Assembly (NCBI GenBank): GCA_034670305.1
Contig: JAXMNT010000014.1
Coordinates: 32,001 to 96,000, forward strand
Source: Deltaproteobacteria bacterium
Lineage (GTDB): Bacteria; Myxococcota_A; Polyangia; Polyangiales; Houyiibacteriaceae
DNA: 64,000 bases
Direction of reading: 5' to 3'
This document shows, piece by piece, positions 37,341 through 45,962 of the stretch; positions within the stretch are counted from its first letter, which is position 1, and the number at the start of each line of letters is the position of its first letter. Made by a program: the position numbers and the translations under genes. The notes beneath the pieces were generated by a model. It made no database searches and was not told the origin of the DNA. It worked only from the letters and a program-made list of their open reading frames with translations.

Positions 37341-37786
37341 CGCACGCCCCCAAGCGCCAGGTTCACGACCGGCAGGATCGCCACGAGCAGTCCGACCGCG
37401 AACGCCAGCTGGAAGCGTCGTCCGGTGCCCGCGTAGGGCCAGGCCACCGCCATCGTGAGCAGGCCTGGCGCCCCGAGCCACAGAATCGCCGGGATGACCG
37501 TCGGGTCGCGGCTGATGTAGTGGTGCCACTCGATGTGAATGAGCGAGGCGAGCAAACCAACGGTGGCGAGCACCCACACCGCGACGTCCACCCGATCCTG
37601 CCGCCATCCGCTGGGGCCGCTCTTCGGGCCCGCGGTCGCCAAGCGGTCGGCGCTCTTCGCGGCCCGTGCTTTCGATGCGGTCAGCGCGTCGGTCGTCTCG
37701 AGCAACGCCGCGTCGAGCTTCGTGCGCGAGGCGACAAGGGCTTCCACCCGCACCCGCAGCGCGGCTTCTTGGTCCCGGTAGGCCAT
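37337..37786 (-). CDS. coiled-coil plus 3-TM hypothetical protein
   Basis: MAYRDQEAALRVRVEAL..., three hydrophobic helices; same architecture as its neighbour. Confidence 0.65.
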   Translation of the reverse strand: MAYRDQEAALRVRVEALVASRTKLDAALLETTDALTASKARAAKSADRLATAGPKSGPSGWRQDRVDVAVWVLATVGLLASLIHIEWHHYISRDPTVIPAILWLGAPGLLTMAVAWPYAGTGRRFQLAFAVGLLVAILPVVNLALGGVR

Positions 37787-37788
37787 GA

Positions 37789-38511
37789 CTACTGGAAGTT
37801 CTGCACGCTCCACATGCTGCCGCCGGCGTCGTAGAAACCACAGGCGACGCGGGTGTGCGCGGTGTTCGACATGTTGATGTAGTGGCCGTGGGCGCTGAAC
37901 GGTTCGCCCGGGCCCTCGTCCCACATCGCTTGCAGACACCCGGTGATCACGTGTTCGTGGCTTCGCCAACCGGGGCACTCGTTCTGTGCGCGGCCGCCCG
38001 GCGAACAGATGCGATCGCGGAAGCCGCCATGCGCGCCGGCTCCGTTGGCGTCGTACTCCGCGTGTTGGTCGGCGCAGCCCTCCGCCTCGGTCCACCGCAT
38101 GAGCGGGGGCAGGCACTGGCACTCCCAGCGGAACTGGTTGATGCGGTTCACACAGTCTTGGTACGGGTCGCCGGTGGATGCGGGCGGCGTCGGCGCACAC
38201 GGTGTGATCGGCGCGGCGAGCGGGCCGCTGGCGCATTCGCCGGGCGGCGGTCCGCTGTCGGTGCCCATCGGACCGGTGTCGGTGCCCATCGGACCGGTGT
38301 CGGTGCTCATCGGACCGGCGTCGGTGCCCGTCGGTCCGGTGTCGGTGCCCATCGCGCCGCTGTCCACACCCGGTCCGCCATCGACCCGTGGGCCCGAGTC
38401 CCGCGGGCCCACGTCGGCGAGCACCAAGTCGCCCACGCGGGTGAGCTCGCCTTCGCATCCGACGAGCGCCATCAGCGCGATGCACTGCACGAGTGGGAGG
38501 CGGGTCGACAC
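37789..38511 (-). CDS. CAP (SCP) domain lipoprotein with TDTGPMG linker repeats
   Basis: LVGC lipobox; RINQFR, AQNEC, MWDEG, GHYINMSN, VACGF, VQNF; 21-bp tandem repeats at ~38255-38355. Confidence 0.85.
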   Translation of the reverse strand: MSTRLPLVQCIALMALVGCEGELTRVGDLVLADVGPRDSGPRVDGGPGVDSGAMGTDTGPTGTDAGPMSTDTGPMGTDTGPMGTDSGPPPGECASGPLAAPITPCAPTPPASTGDPYQDCVNRINQFRWECQCLPPLMRWTEAEGCADQHAEYDANGAGAHGGFRDRICSPGGRAQNECPGWRSHEHVITGCLQAMWDEGPGEPFSAHGHYINMSNTAHTRVACGFYDAGGSMWSVQNFQ

Positions 38512-38695
38512 GGCGGCAGGATAGCAAGGATGCCCAAACGACGCTCCCAGCGGCGCGTGCGTCAGCAGGTGGCCCAGACGAGCACCGCGAGCAGTGAGAT
38601 CGTCAGCGCCATCGAGGTCGCCAGGCCGAGCAACGGTCCCCGGACCGCGCGCGGCCCTTTGGCCGACGGGTTCGGCGGACCACCGGGCACACCAC

Positions 38696-39433
38696 TCACG
38701 ACGCGGACTCCGACTCGGGTGTCGAAGAAGCAGCCGCGGCGGCTTCGGCCAGCCGATCGGCGAAACGTTTGGGTGGACTCAGATGCCGGTTGGGCTCGAG
38801 CGCACCTTGGCACTTCGGACAACGCACCGCCTCGACCCGCGCCGGATGTCCGCACTTGACGCACGGACGGCGCAGGCTGCGATCGGCGACGAACGAGAGC
38901 GCGAACCCAGCGGTCGCCCCAAGGGACAGCACCAACAACAAGAGCAGCGGCACGATCGGGAAGAAGATGAGCAGTGTGCCCATCGTCACGAGGCCGCCCT
39001 CCTCGAACCGCGCAATCCACGCCGTCGCCGCGTCGTCCACGACCTCGCGCGCGCGCTCTCGGACGGTGGAGCGGATGAGCCCCATCATCATCGCGACGCC
39101 GCCACCGGAGGCGACTTCGAGCGAACCGAACTCTTGGTCGGTGAGACCCGCCATGGTCGCGGCCGCCGCGAGGGAAGCCGCCGCGGCGAGTCCCACGCGG
39201 ACGAAACGCAGGATGACGTCCGCGCTCGCGCTGGAGTCTCGTTCGTAGAACAACTCGAACACCGCGAAGCCGCACGCCAGCGTCATCGCGAGCGGGTGGC
39301 CCAGCATCTCGAACGCACCATTCATCTCGACCGCGCCGAAGCCGATCAGGAGCGAACACACCGCAATCGAGAGCGAGGGTCGGATGCCGGCCAACATGCC
39401 GGCTTCAATGATTCGTAGGCTGTCGTCGTTCAT
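38696..39433 (-). CDS. membrane protein with C-terminal zinc ribbon (DUF4126-like N-terminus, tentative)
   Basis: LAGIRPSL, several TM segments, CVKCG...CPKC. Confidence 0.65.
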   Translation of the reverse strand: MNDDSLRIIEAGMLAGIRPSLSIAVCSLLIGFGAVEMNGAFEMLGHPLAMTLACGFAVFELFYERDSSASADVILRFVRVGLAAAASLAAAATMAGLTDQEFGSLEVASGGGVAMMMGLIRSTVRERAREVVDDAATAWIARFEEGGLVTMGTLLIFFPIVPLLLLLVLSLGATAGFALSFVADRSLRRPCVKCGHPARVEAVRCPKCQGALEPNRHLSPPKRFADRLAEAAAAASSTPESESAS

Positions 39434-39490
39434 GGGTCAGGCGGTCAGGCGGATGCCGACGCGGCGAGGCAGAGCGCAGCATCCGCAAGG

Positions 39491-40168
39491 TCAGGCGGAC
39501 ATGCACATGTCCATCATCGAGGTGTATAGCTCGTAGACCAAGTCCACGACTGCGAGTGCGACGAACACACCAAAGAGCATCACGAAAAGCGACGCGACGA
39601 GCAACAACCACTCTCCCCCACTCACGGGTGTGCCGGCGCGCTCCCGCCCGACCTGCCACAAACAGTAGATGCGGCCGACCTGCCAGAGCAGCGTGATCAA
39701 GAGCACGGTCTCGACCGACGCGGCGCACGGCATGAAGAGCGCGAGGCTGCCGAGCGCGAGCAACCAGGTGGTGGTCAGCCGCAAGGTCCACCGGGCCACG
39801 AAACGCCGTTTGCCGGACGTCAGCGAAAGGCACGGGTTGGCCACCCAGAACCGGAACGCGATGAGCGCGCCGATCTGCGGCAGAAGCGAAAGCATCGGCA
39901 GCGGCGTCACGATCACGCTCACGAGCAGCGCCATGCCGAGCACGATCCAGAACCGTTCCTTGGTCAGCGCGGCGAGCTCCGCCTGGACCGTCTCCCCGAA
40001 CTTCTGATCCGGGAACACGCCACCACACACGTCACACGGCTCACTGCGCAGCACGCCCGGACGCGACGTCACCTCGGCACAGAACGGACACCGCCCCCGA
40101 AGCGCGAGCGCCAGCCCATGCTGCTGGATCAGAGCGCTCGGCGGCGCTTCTCGAAACGGCCCCCCCAT
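39491..40168 (-). CDS. membrane protein with N-terminal zinc ribbon
   Basis: CPFC...CDVCG followed by ~5 TM segments; start uncertain. Confidence 0.6.
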   Translation of the reverse strand: MGGPFREAPPSALIQQHGLALALRGRCPFCAEVTSRPGVLRSEPCDVCGGVFPDQKFGETVQAELAALTKERFWIVLGMALLVSVIVTPLPMLSLLPQIGALIAFRFWVANPCLSLTSGKRRFVARWTLRLTTTWLLALGSLALFMPCAASVETVLLITLLWQVGRIYCLWQVGRERAGTPVSGGEWLLLVASLFVMLFGVFVALAVVDLVYELYTSMMDMCMSA

Positions 40169-40356
40169 GGGTGGGCGAAACCTACCCGCTTTCGGCCGCT
40201 GCGACACCCGGCTTGGCAGATGGCTGGTGGAACGGGCGCCAGGTCTGGGCCCAGGTCTGGGCCCGGAGTCCGGACGGGACTGCGGCCCAACATCAGCGCG
40301 GATCCAGGACTGCCCACGGCCAGCTGCGGCCGCTGGGACCGTCGCCCGCGGGGCTC

Positions 40357-40566
40357 TGTTGCTTAATAGGGCGGTGGGGTTCCGGCGCGGGGAGGCCTCT
40401 CGGGGGACTGAGGCGTGCGGACGGCGCGTGGGCGGGGCTGGTTTGCCAATGCAGCATGCTGCTGCACCGCTTGAACTGCCGTGTTCTCGTCGCCGCCGTT
40501 CGTTGCCCGGCTCAGGCCTTGAAGCGCAGCGCCAAGACTGCGTCACCGCGCTCGAAAAGTGGCTGC
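40357..40566 (+). repeat. left long inverted repeat flanking the Y1 transposase
   Basis: tgttgcttaatagggcgg...ttgccaatgcagcatgctgctgcaccgct...ccgccgttcgttgcccggctcagg...tgaagcgcagcgc; colinear with the reverse complement of 41367-41574. Confidence 0.9.
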
Positions 40567-40623
40567 GCGGAGCAAGAAGGCCTGGATGAGAACGTGGGAA
40601 TGTGCTATCTATGCTAAATCAAA

Positions 40624-41319
40624 ATGGCACGTCGCACCCGAAAACCCAGGCAGTTGAGTCTTCACTACCGCCGCCATGGTGGCCGCCGATCCGGTGCGGG
40701 TCGGAAGCCGAACGGCGAGCGTTCCGGGGTGTCGCACCTGCGTCGACCTCGGGTTCAGAACCGCCATCCGGTCCACGTGACCATCAAGGTCGCGAAGGGA
40801 CTCCCAAGTCTCCGCCGCCGCGATTTGTGTGCGGCTTGTTTCGCGGTGCTCGAGCAGGCAGCGGAGCGGAACGGGATGCGCATCGTTCACTTCTCGATTC
40901 AGAGCAACCACATCCATCTGATCGTCGAGGCGCAGGGCACAGCGGCGCTCTCGCTGGGCATGCAAGGGCTGTCGGTGCGCTTGGCCAAGCGGCTCAACAA
41001 ACATCTCGGACGACGCGGCAAGCTGTTCCCCGACCGTTACCACGCAGAAGCACTCAAGACGCCCACTCAGGTCCGCCACGCGCTGCGTTACGTGCTCAAC
41101 AACGCGCGCAAACATGCGGTGCGGCGGAAGTTCATGCAGCGGTGGGTCGACCCGTGCTCCACCGCGGGCACCTTTGACGGCTGGACCTCGACACCCCGGT
41201 GTCCTGACGACTCCGCGCCGGCGATGCCGCAGGCCGGCACCTGGCTCTTGAGGGTCGGATGGCGAAAACGAGGCCGGATCCCAATCGACGACACACCCGG
41301 CCCACGCCAGAGACGGTGA
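40624..41319 (+). mobile_element. HUH Y1 tyrosine transposase (IS200-like / REP-associated RAYT type), stand-alone
   Basis: PVHVT, SIQSNHIHLIVEA (HUH), LFPDRYH, RYVLNNARKH (catalytic Tyr), DPCS; basic GGRRSGAGRK N-terminus; no tnpB. Confidence 0.88.
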
Positions 41320-41366
41320 GACACTCCGTACGGATCAACGCAGCCGCGATTGGCGCTGCACGTTGA

Positions 41367-41574
41367 GCAGCCACCTTCTGACAGCGGTGGACGGCCCAGA
41401 GCGCTGCGCTTCAGCACCTGAGCCGGGCAACGAACGGCGGTCGCCGAACACGGCAGTCCAAAGCGGTGCAGCAGCATGCTGCATTGGCAAGCAAGCCCCG
41501 TCCGTGCGCCGCCCAACGGCCTCGGTCCGCCGCGACCTCCACACGCCGGATCCCCGCCGCCCTATTAAGCAACA
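41367..41574 (-). repeat. right long inverted repeat flanking the Y1 transposase
   Basis: gcgctgcgcttca...cctgagccgggcaacgaacggcgg...agcggtgcagcagcatgctgcattggcaa...ccgccctattaagcaaca. Confidence 0.9.
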
Positions 41575-41778
41575 AGGGCCGCTGGCGGGGTCCTCAGGCA
41601 CTGCGGTTGCACGATTCGGTTCGCGTCCTCACGCGCACTGTCAGGGCGCGCGACTTCAGCGTGGGCGCGGTGGTAGGGGTCCAGGGCGTCCACTCAGATG
41701 CATGGCCGAGCCCCAGCGGAAAGCGGCTTCGGGCAACTCGCTTCTTCGATTCGGTGAGGGCTCGGTTATGCTCGCGCG

Positions 41779-42984
41779 GTGAGCGACGCGAAACCTGTGG
41801 ACCACACCGCTGCCGAGCTCAGACGCATGGGCGGCAACGGCATCGTGCTCGGAGGCGGAGGCGCCCGCGGCGCCTACGAAGCCGGCATCCTCGCGGGGCT
41901 GACCGAAGTCGCGCCGACCGACGCGTTGCACATCGGCGAACACGGGCTCTTCGACGTGGTCACCGGAACCTCCGTCGGCGCGATCAACGCCGCGTGGCTG
42001 GCCGCACATTCGGACACCCGCGACCACTGCATCGAAGGGCTGCTCGACCACTGGCGCTCGCTCAGCCTCGAGAAGCACCTGCGTCCGGATGTGCTCGGGT
42101 GGTTCGGGCGCCGCCGCACCGGCGTGCTCGGCAAAGCGATCCTCGACCCGCGGGAGCTCGAGAAGCTGGTGCAGGACGGCGTGCCGTGGGACCGCCTTCG
42201 CAAGAACGTAGACGCCGGGTACGTGCGCGCGCTCATCGTGACGGCGCTGCACGTCAAGTCGGGCAAGACGACGGTCTTCACCGACCTCGCTCCGGGCGCC
42301 GAGTACCCGGCCTCCCGTGATCCGCGACGATCGCACGTCGCGTCGCACGTGACCTCGGATCACGTGCTCGCTTCGGCGGCGGTGCCGCTGCTCTTTCCTT
42401 CGCGACGGATCGGCGAGAGCTACTACAGCGATGGCGGTCTGCGGTTCAACACACCGCTGGCGCCGGCGCTTCGCATGGGCGTCGATCGAGTCGTCGTCAT
42501 CCCGCTCCTGATGGAGAAGCCGAAGAGCCAGGAAGCCGAGGTCTATCCCGGAGCGGTGTTCTTGCTCGGCAAACTCTTCGACGCGCTCCTGCTCGACCCG
42601 ATCCGCTACGACCTCGCGGTGCTCGAGCGCTTCAACCGATTCTTGACCGTGCTCGACGACGCGCTCTCGCCCGCGGAGTTGAAACGGCTGGAGGCGGCGA
42701 TGATCGAAGCGCGCGGCGCGCCCTACCGCAAGGTCGACACGCTGGTGTTCCGACCGACCTCGGACATCGGTGCGCTGGCCCGGCGGCGCGGCGAACAGCT
42801 CATGCGCCGCGGGTGGCGCGGTCGTTTGATCCGCCAGCTCACCAAAGCAGGCGGCGGCGTGGACGCGGACTTCCTGAGTTTCATCCTGTTCGATCGCGAA
42901 CATGCCGAAGAGCTGATCGAACTCGGCCGCCGCGATGTGCATGCCCGCAAAGACGAAGTGCACGCGTTCTTCGGCGCCCGCTGA
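41779..42984 (+). CDS. patatin-like phospholipase
   Basis: GGGGARGAY, GTSVG, ASAAVP, DGG. Confidence 0.9.
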   Translation: MSDAKPVDHTAAELRRMGGNGIVLGGGGARGAYEAGILAGLTEVAPTDALHIGEHGLFDVVTGTSVGAINAAWLAAHSDTRDHCIEGLLDHWRSLSLEKHLRPDVLGWFGRRRTGVLGKAILDPRELEKLVQDGVPWDRLRKNVDAGYVRALIVTALHVKSGKTTVFTDLAPGAEYPASRDPRRSHVASHVTSDHVLASAAVPLLFPSRRIGESYYSDGGLRFNTPLAPALRMGVDRVVVIPLLMEKPKSQEAEVYPGAVFLLGKLFDALLLDPIRYDLAVLERFNRFLTVLDDALSPAELKRLEAAMIEARGAPYRKVDTLVFRPTSDIGALARRRGEQLMRRGWRGRLIRQLTKAGGGVDADFLSFILFDREHAEELIELGRRDVHARKDEVHAFFGAR

Positions 42985-43005
42985 AGCGCTTCGTACCACG
43001 CGCCG

Positions 43006-44610
43006 TCAGTAGTGGTTCATTTGGTTCTCCATCTCTTCCCGCTGGCGGCGGATCCGCTCGCGACGCGCAGCGCGTGACTCGACCTCGAGTTCGAGTTCCA
43101 CCTCGACGTCGGCGTCGATGCGCGCGAACGGTTCGAGGGTCCCGTCCGGCATTCGGCGACGACCGGAGACGGTCTGCATCAACGGTTCCGCGAGCGCGGC
43201 CTCCACGCACTGGTTCATCTCAGGACTGCCGCCTGTGACCTGGACCTCGAAGGCTGGCGCATCCATGACGCCCCGGACTTCGATGCGAAGCTGGGTCGCG
43301 GGCGTGTCCGGGTCGACGACCTCGGGTTCGTCTTCGGCGAGGCACTCGGTGGCGAAGTTGCGCGCGTAGGAACCGAGGTGCTGGGAGAGCAGCGCGGGGG
43401 TGGCGATCGGTCCGAGCGGACGTCGAGTCGAGGCGCGCAACCGCCACTGCCCGGCGGCGAACTGTGAGACGCGCTGCAAGACGAGCTCCGCCAAACACTG
43501 CGCCACCTCGTCGTTGCGCGGCGCGGTCTTCACGACGACCCGAAGTTCCTCCGGGCTGGTCTGCACCCGGACGTAGGCGTACTCGGGCACGGCGCCGGGC
43601 CGAGGCAAGCAGCCGGTCGCGTTGGACTCGAGGTACAGCCCTTCGAGGGCCTGCTGGAGCAACTGCGCGGGCGGGGTGACCTCGACCCTCAGCCGGGCTC
43701 GAAAGCGCGAAGGAGATCCGTCGTAGGCGCCGCCGCCGCGGAAGTTGGACTCGGCGTGCTCCAGGAAACACGCGACGAAGTCGGAGCCGTCGCGGGACGA
43801 GAGATGGGCTCGGCCGCTGCTGTCTCCGCGGACTCGAATGGTGAACGACTCGGGCGGCGGCGCGCGGCGGGCACACGCGAGGGTCAGTGGGTCTTTCATG
43901 CCCTCGAGCGCCCGCAGGACCGATGCTTCGGTTGGCGGCGGCTCGTACCCGGGCTGGATCATCGCAAGCTCGCGGACCGTGAAGCCATGGACGCTGGCCC
44001 ACTGCCGCACGCCGGTGCTTACCTCGGGAACCGCAGTGCTGGCTTCGGGAACCGCAGTGCTGGCTTCGGGAACCGCAGTGCTGGCCTTGGGAATCGCAGT
44101 GCTGGCCTTGGGAATCGCAGTGCTGGCCGCTGACTCGTTGGTCAGGACGGTCTGGATCTCGGGCACCAGCGCATACGGCTCGCGTTCGTTGATCGCCTGA
44201 GCGAGCGCACCGTGGCCACTGACCGCCATCAAGTGGCCGACCGCGCAGTGCACGCCACGGTCGTCGATGAACCTCGGGCGGCGGCCCGCGTAGTTGTCTT
44301 GAGTGCGCCGCGGGAACACCCCGGCATCCACATACGCTGCGAGTGCTCGAAGCGCGGCGCTCCGCCGCTGAAGCTGCGCTTCGTTCCACCGGTCGGAGGT
44401 CTTGTGGACCAGAAGGTCGTGCACGTAGCGCAGGTGGACCTGAAGGCGCTCTTGTTCCGGCGCTGCGCTCGGGTCGGTCCCCCGCAGTCGGTGCCAACTC
44501 GCATCTCCCAGGACGCTGTTGACCGTACGATCCAGGGGGTCGGCCGAGGCGGTTTGGGCGGTCGACAGAAGCGAACCGAGAACGGCGAGCACGCAATACA
44601 ATCGAAGCAT
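43006..44610 (-). CDS. secreted hypothetical protein with an internal 7-aa VNTR
   Basis: signal MLRLYCVLAVLGSLLSTAQTASA; FIDDRGVHCAVGHL...ELAMIQPGY domain; paired-Cys C-terminal modules. Confidence 0.7.
   Translation of the reverse strand: MLRLYCVLAVLGSLLSTAQTASADPLDRTVNSVLGDASWHRLRGTDPSAAPEQERLQVHLRYVHDLLVHKTSDRWNEAQLQRRSAALRALAAYVDAGVFPRRTQDNYAGRRPRFIDDRGVHCAVGHLMAVSGHGALAQAINEREPYALVPEIQTVLTNESAASTAIPKASTAIPKASTAVPEASTAVPEASTAVPEVSTGVRQWASVHGFTVRELAMIQPGYEPPPTEASVLRALEGMKDPLTLACARRAPPPESFTIRVRGDSSGRAHLSSRDGSDFVACFLEHAESNFRGGGAYDGSPSRFRARLRVEVTPPAQLLQQALEGLYLESNATGCLPRPGAVPEYAYVRVQTSPEELRVVVKTAPRNDEVAQCLAELVLQRVSQFAAGQWRLRASTRRPLGPIATPALLSQHLGSYARNFATECLAEDEPEVVDPDTPATQLRIEVRGVMDAPAFEVQVTGGSPEMNQCVEAALAEPLMQTVSGRRRMPDGTLEPFARIDADVEVELELEVESRAARRERIRRQREEMENQMNHY
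44014..44126. repeat. in-frame 21-bp tandem repeat (STAIPKA/STAVPEA, ~5 copies)
   Basis: gggaaccgcagtgctggcttc / gggaatcgcagtgctggcctt units. Confidence 0.9.
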
Positions 44611-44663
44611 GGGCGTCCAGACGGTCGAGATGGGCTCAGGATCTCGAAAAAGAGGTGGAGCGT

Positions 44664-45899
44664 TCAGAGCCTTGACTCCCAGTCCTCGGCGAGCACATCG
44701 GCGAACGCAGGGTCGGAGGTGAGCACCTTCCGCGCATACGAACAGTGCGGCAGAATTTTCAGGTCGTTCTCTCGGACGTAGGCGACGCCGCGATGGACGA
44801 GCTTTCGGGCCCAGCCGCCCCCTCGGAGCGTCTCGCGTACGCCGGTGTGCACGATGTCGATCGTCTCCTCGTCGGGTCGCAGAAACGTCATCTCGCCGAG
44901 CGTCTCGCCGTGCTGGAAGATCACCCACTCACCGCCAGCCTTCGAGGGCACGAGTTCGATGTGGGGCTCTTCGTCCGGCAAAGGAATGCGCTCCTCCGTG
45001 TCCCCCGGCACCTCGCCGAATGCGTCGTGCGCCCATTCTCGTTTGGCTTGTTCAAGCCGGATCTTGGAGCTCGAGACGAAGTTCCACCACAGGTGGCGTG
45101 GTCCATCGAGCGGCGCGCCACCCACCACGACCACGTGCGCGTCGGACGACGCGGTCAGCGTGGGTGTCATGCCTTCGCGCACGACCAGAAGATCGCCGGA
45201 GGGGTGGGTGCGGCCGGCGCAGACCACTTCGCCGCGCACGACGTAGACGCCGCGCTCGACGTAGTCCGCGGGCACCTCGAACGATGCCCCCGCGCAGAGG
45301 GGCACATCGAGGTAGAGCGTCGGTGCGAAGGTGGCGACCGGGGAGGTCGCGCCAAACGCGGATCCGATCAGGACCCGCGCGGTCACCCCGCCTCCGACCT
45401 CGACCGAAGGCAGGCTGTCCGGCCCGTGGTGATGGAACGCGGGCTCGACCTCTTCGTGCGTCTTCGGGAGCGCCAACCACAACTGAAGGCCGTGGGTGCG
45501 CAGGCCGTCGCCGACCAGGGCCGGGGTCTGACGTTCCGAATGGCTGATGCCGCGACCGGCGGTCATCCAGTTGATCGCGCCCGGCCGAATGGTCTGGATC
45601 GACCCGACGCTGTCGCGGTGTTCGACGGCGCCTTCGAAGAGGTAGCTCACCGTGGCCAGGCCGATGTGCGGATGTGGCCGAACCTGCATGCCTTGGCCGG
45701 GCGCGACGACGACCGGGCCGAAGTGATCGAAGAAGACGAACGGCCCGACGGCGCGCTGCTTCGCCTGCGGAAGCACCCGCCGCACCGCGAACCCGCCGAG
45801 GTCCCGCTCCGCCGCATGCACGGTCCGAACACACGCCGCGTCCTCGCCATGTTCAGTGCAGCGCGCCTCGCCCTCGGGGACCTTCTCGTCGTGACTCAT
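44664..45899 (-). CDS. pirin-family protein fused to a YjdJ-like minimal GNAT domain
   Basis: GPFVFFDHFG, PHPHIGLATVSYLF, WMTAGRGISHSE, LQLWLALP, WWNFVSS; C-terminal IVHTGV...LRGGGWARKLV...ILPHCSY. Confidence 0.88.
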   Translation of the reverse strand: MSHDEKVPEGEARCTEHGEDAACVRTVHAAERDLGGFAVRRVLPQAKQRAVGPFVFFDHFGPVVVAPGQGMQVRPHPHIGLATVSYLFEGAVEHRDSVGSIQTIRPGAINWMTAGRGISHSERQTPALVGDGLRTHGLQLWLALPKTHEEVEPAFHHHGPDSLPSVEVGGGVTARVLIGSAFGATSPVATFAPTLYLDVPLCAGASFEVPADYVERGVYVVRGEVVCAGRTHPSGDLLVVREGMTPTLTASSDAHVVVVGGAPLDGPRHLWWNFVSSSKIRLEQAKREWAHDAFGEVPGDTEERIPLPDEEPHIELVPSKAGGEWVIFQHGETLGEMTFLRPDEETIDIVHTGVRETLRGGGWARKLVHRGVAYVRENDLKILPHCSYARKVLTSDPAFADVLAEDWESRL

Positions 45900-45962
45900 G
45901 CCCCCGATGTCCCACACAATACGTCCGCCTGACAACGTTGGTCTGGGCCGACGACGTGGTGG

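Noticed and set aside
40624-41319. IS605/TnpB (OMEGA) element
   Set aside because: No tnpB or iscB ORF is adjacent; the neighbours are ordinary genes.
41555-41570. Identity between the transposase IR end (GCCCTATT) and the REP module (GCCCTAATT)
   Set aside because: The match is too short to link the Y1 enzyme to that repeat family.
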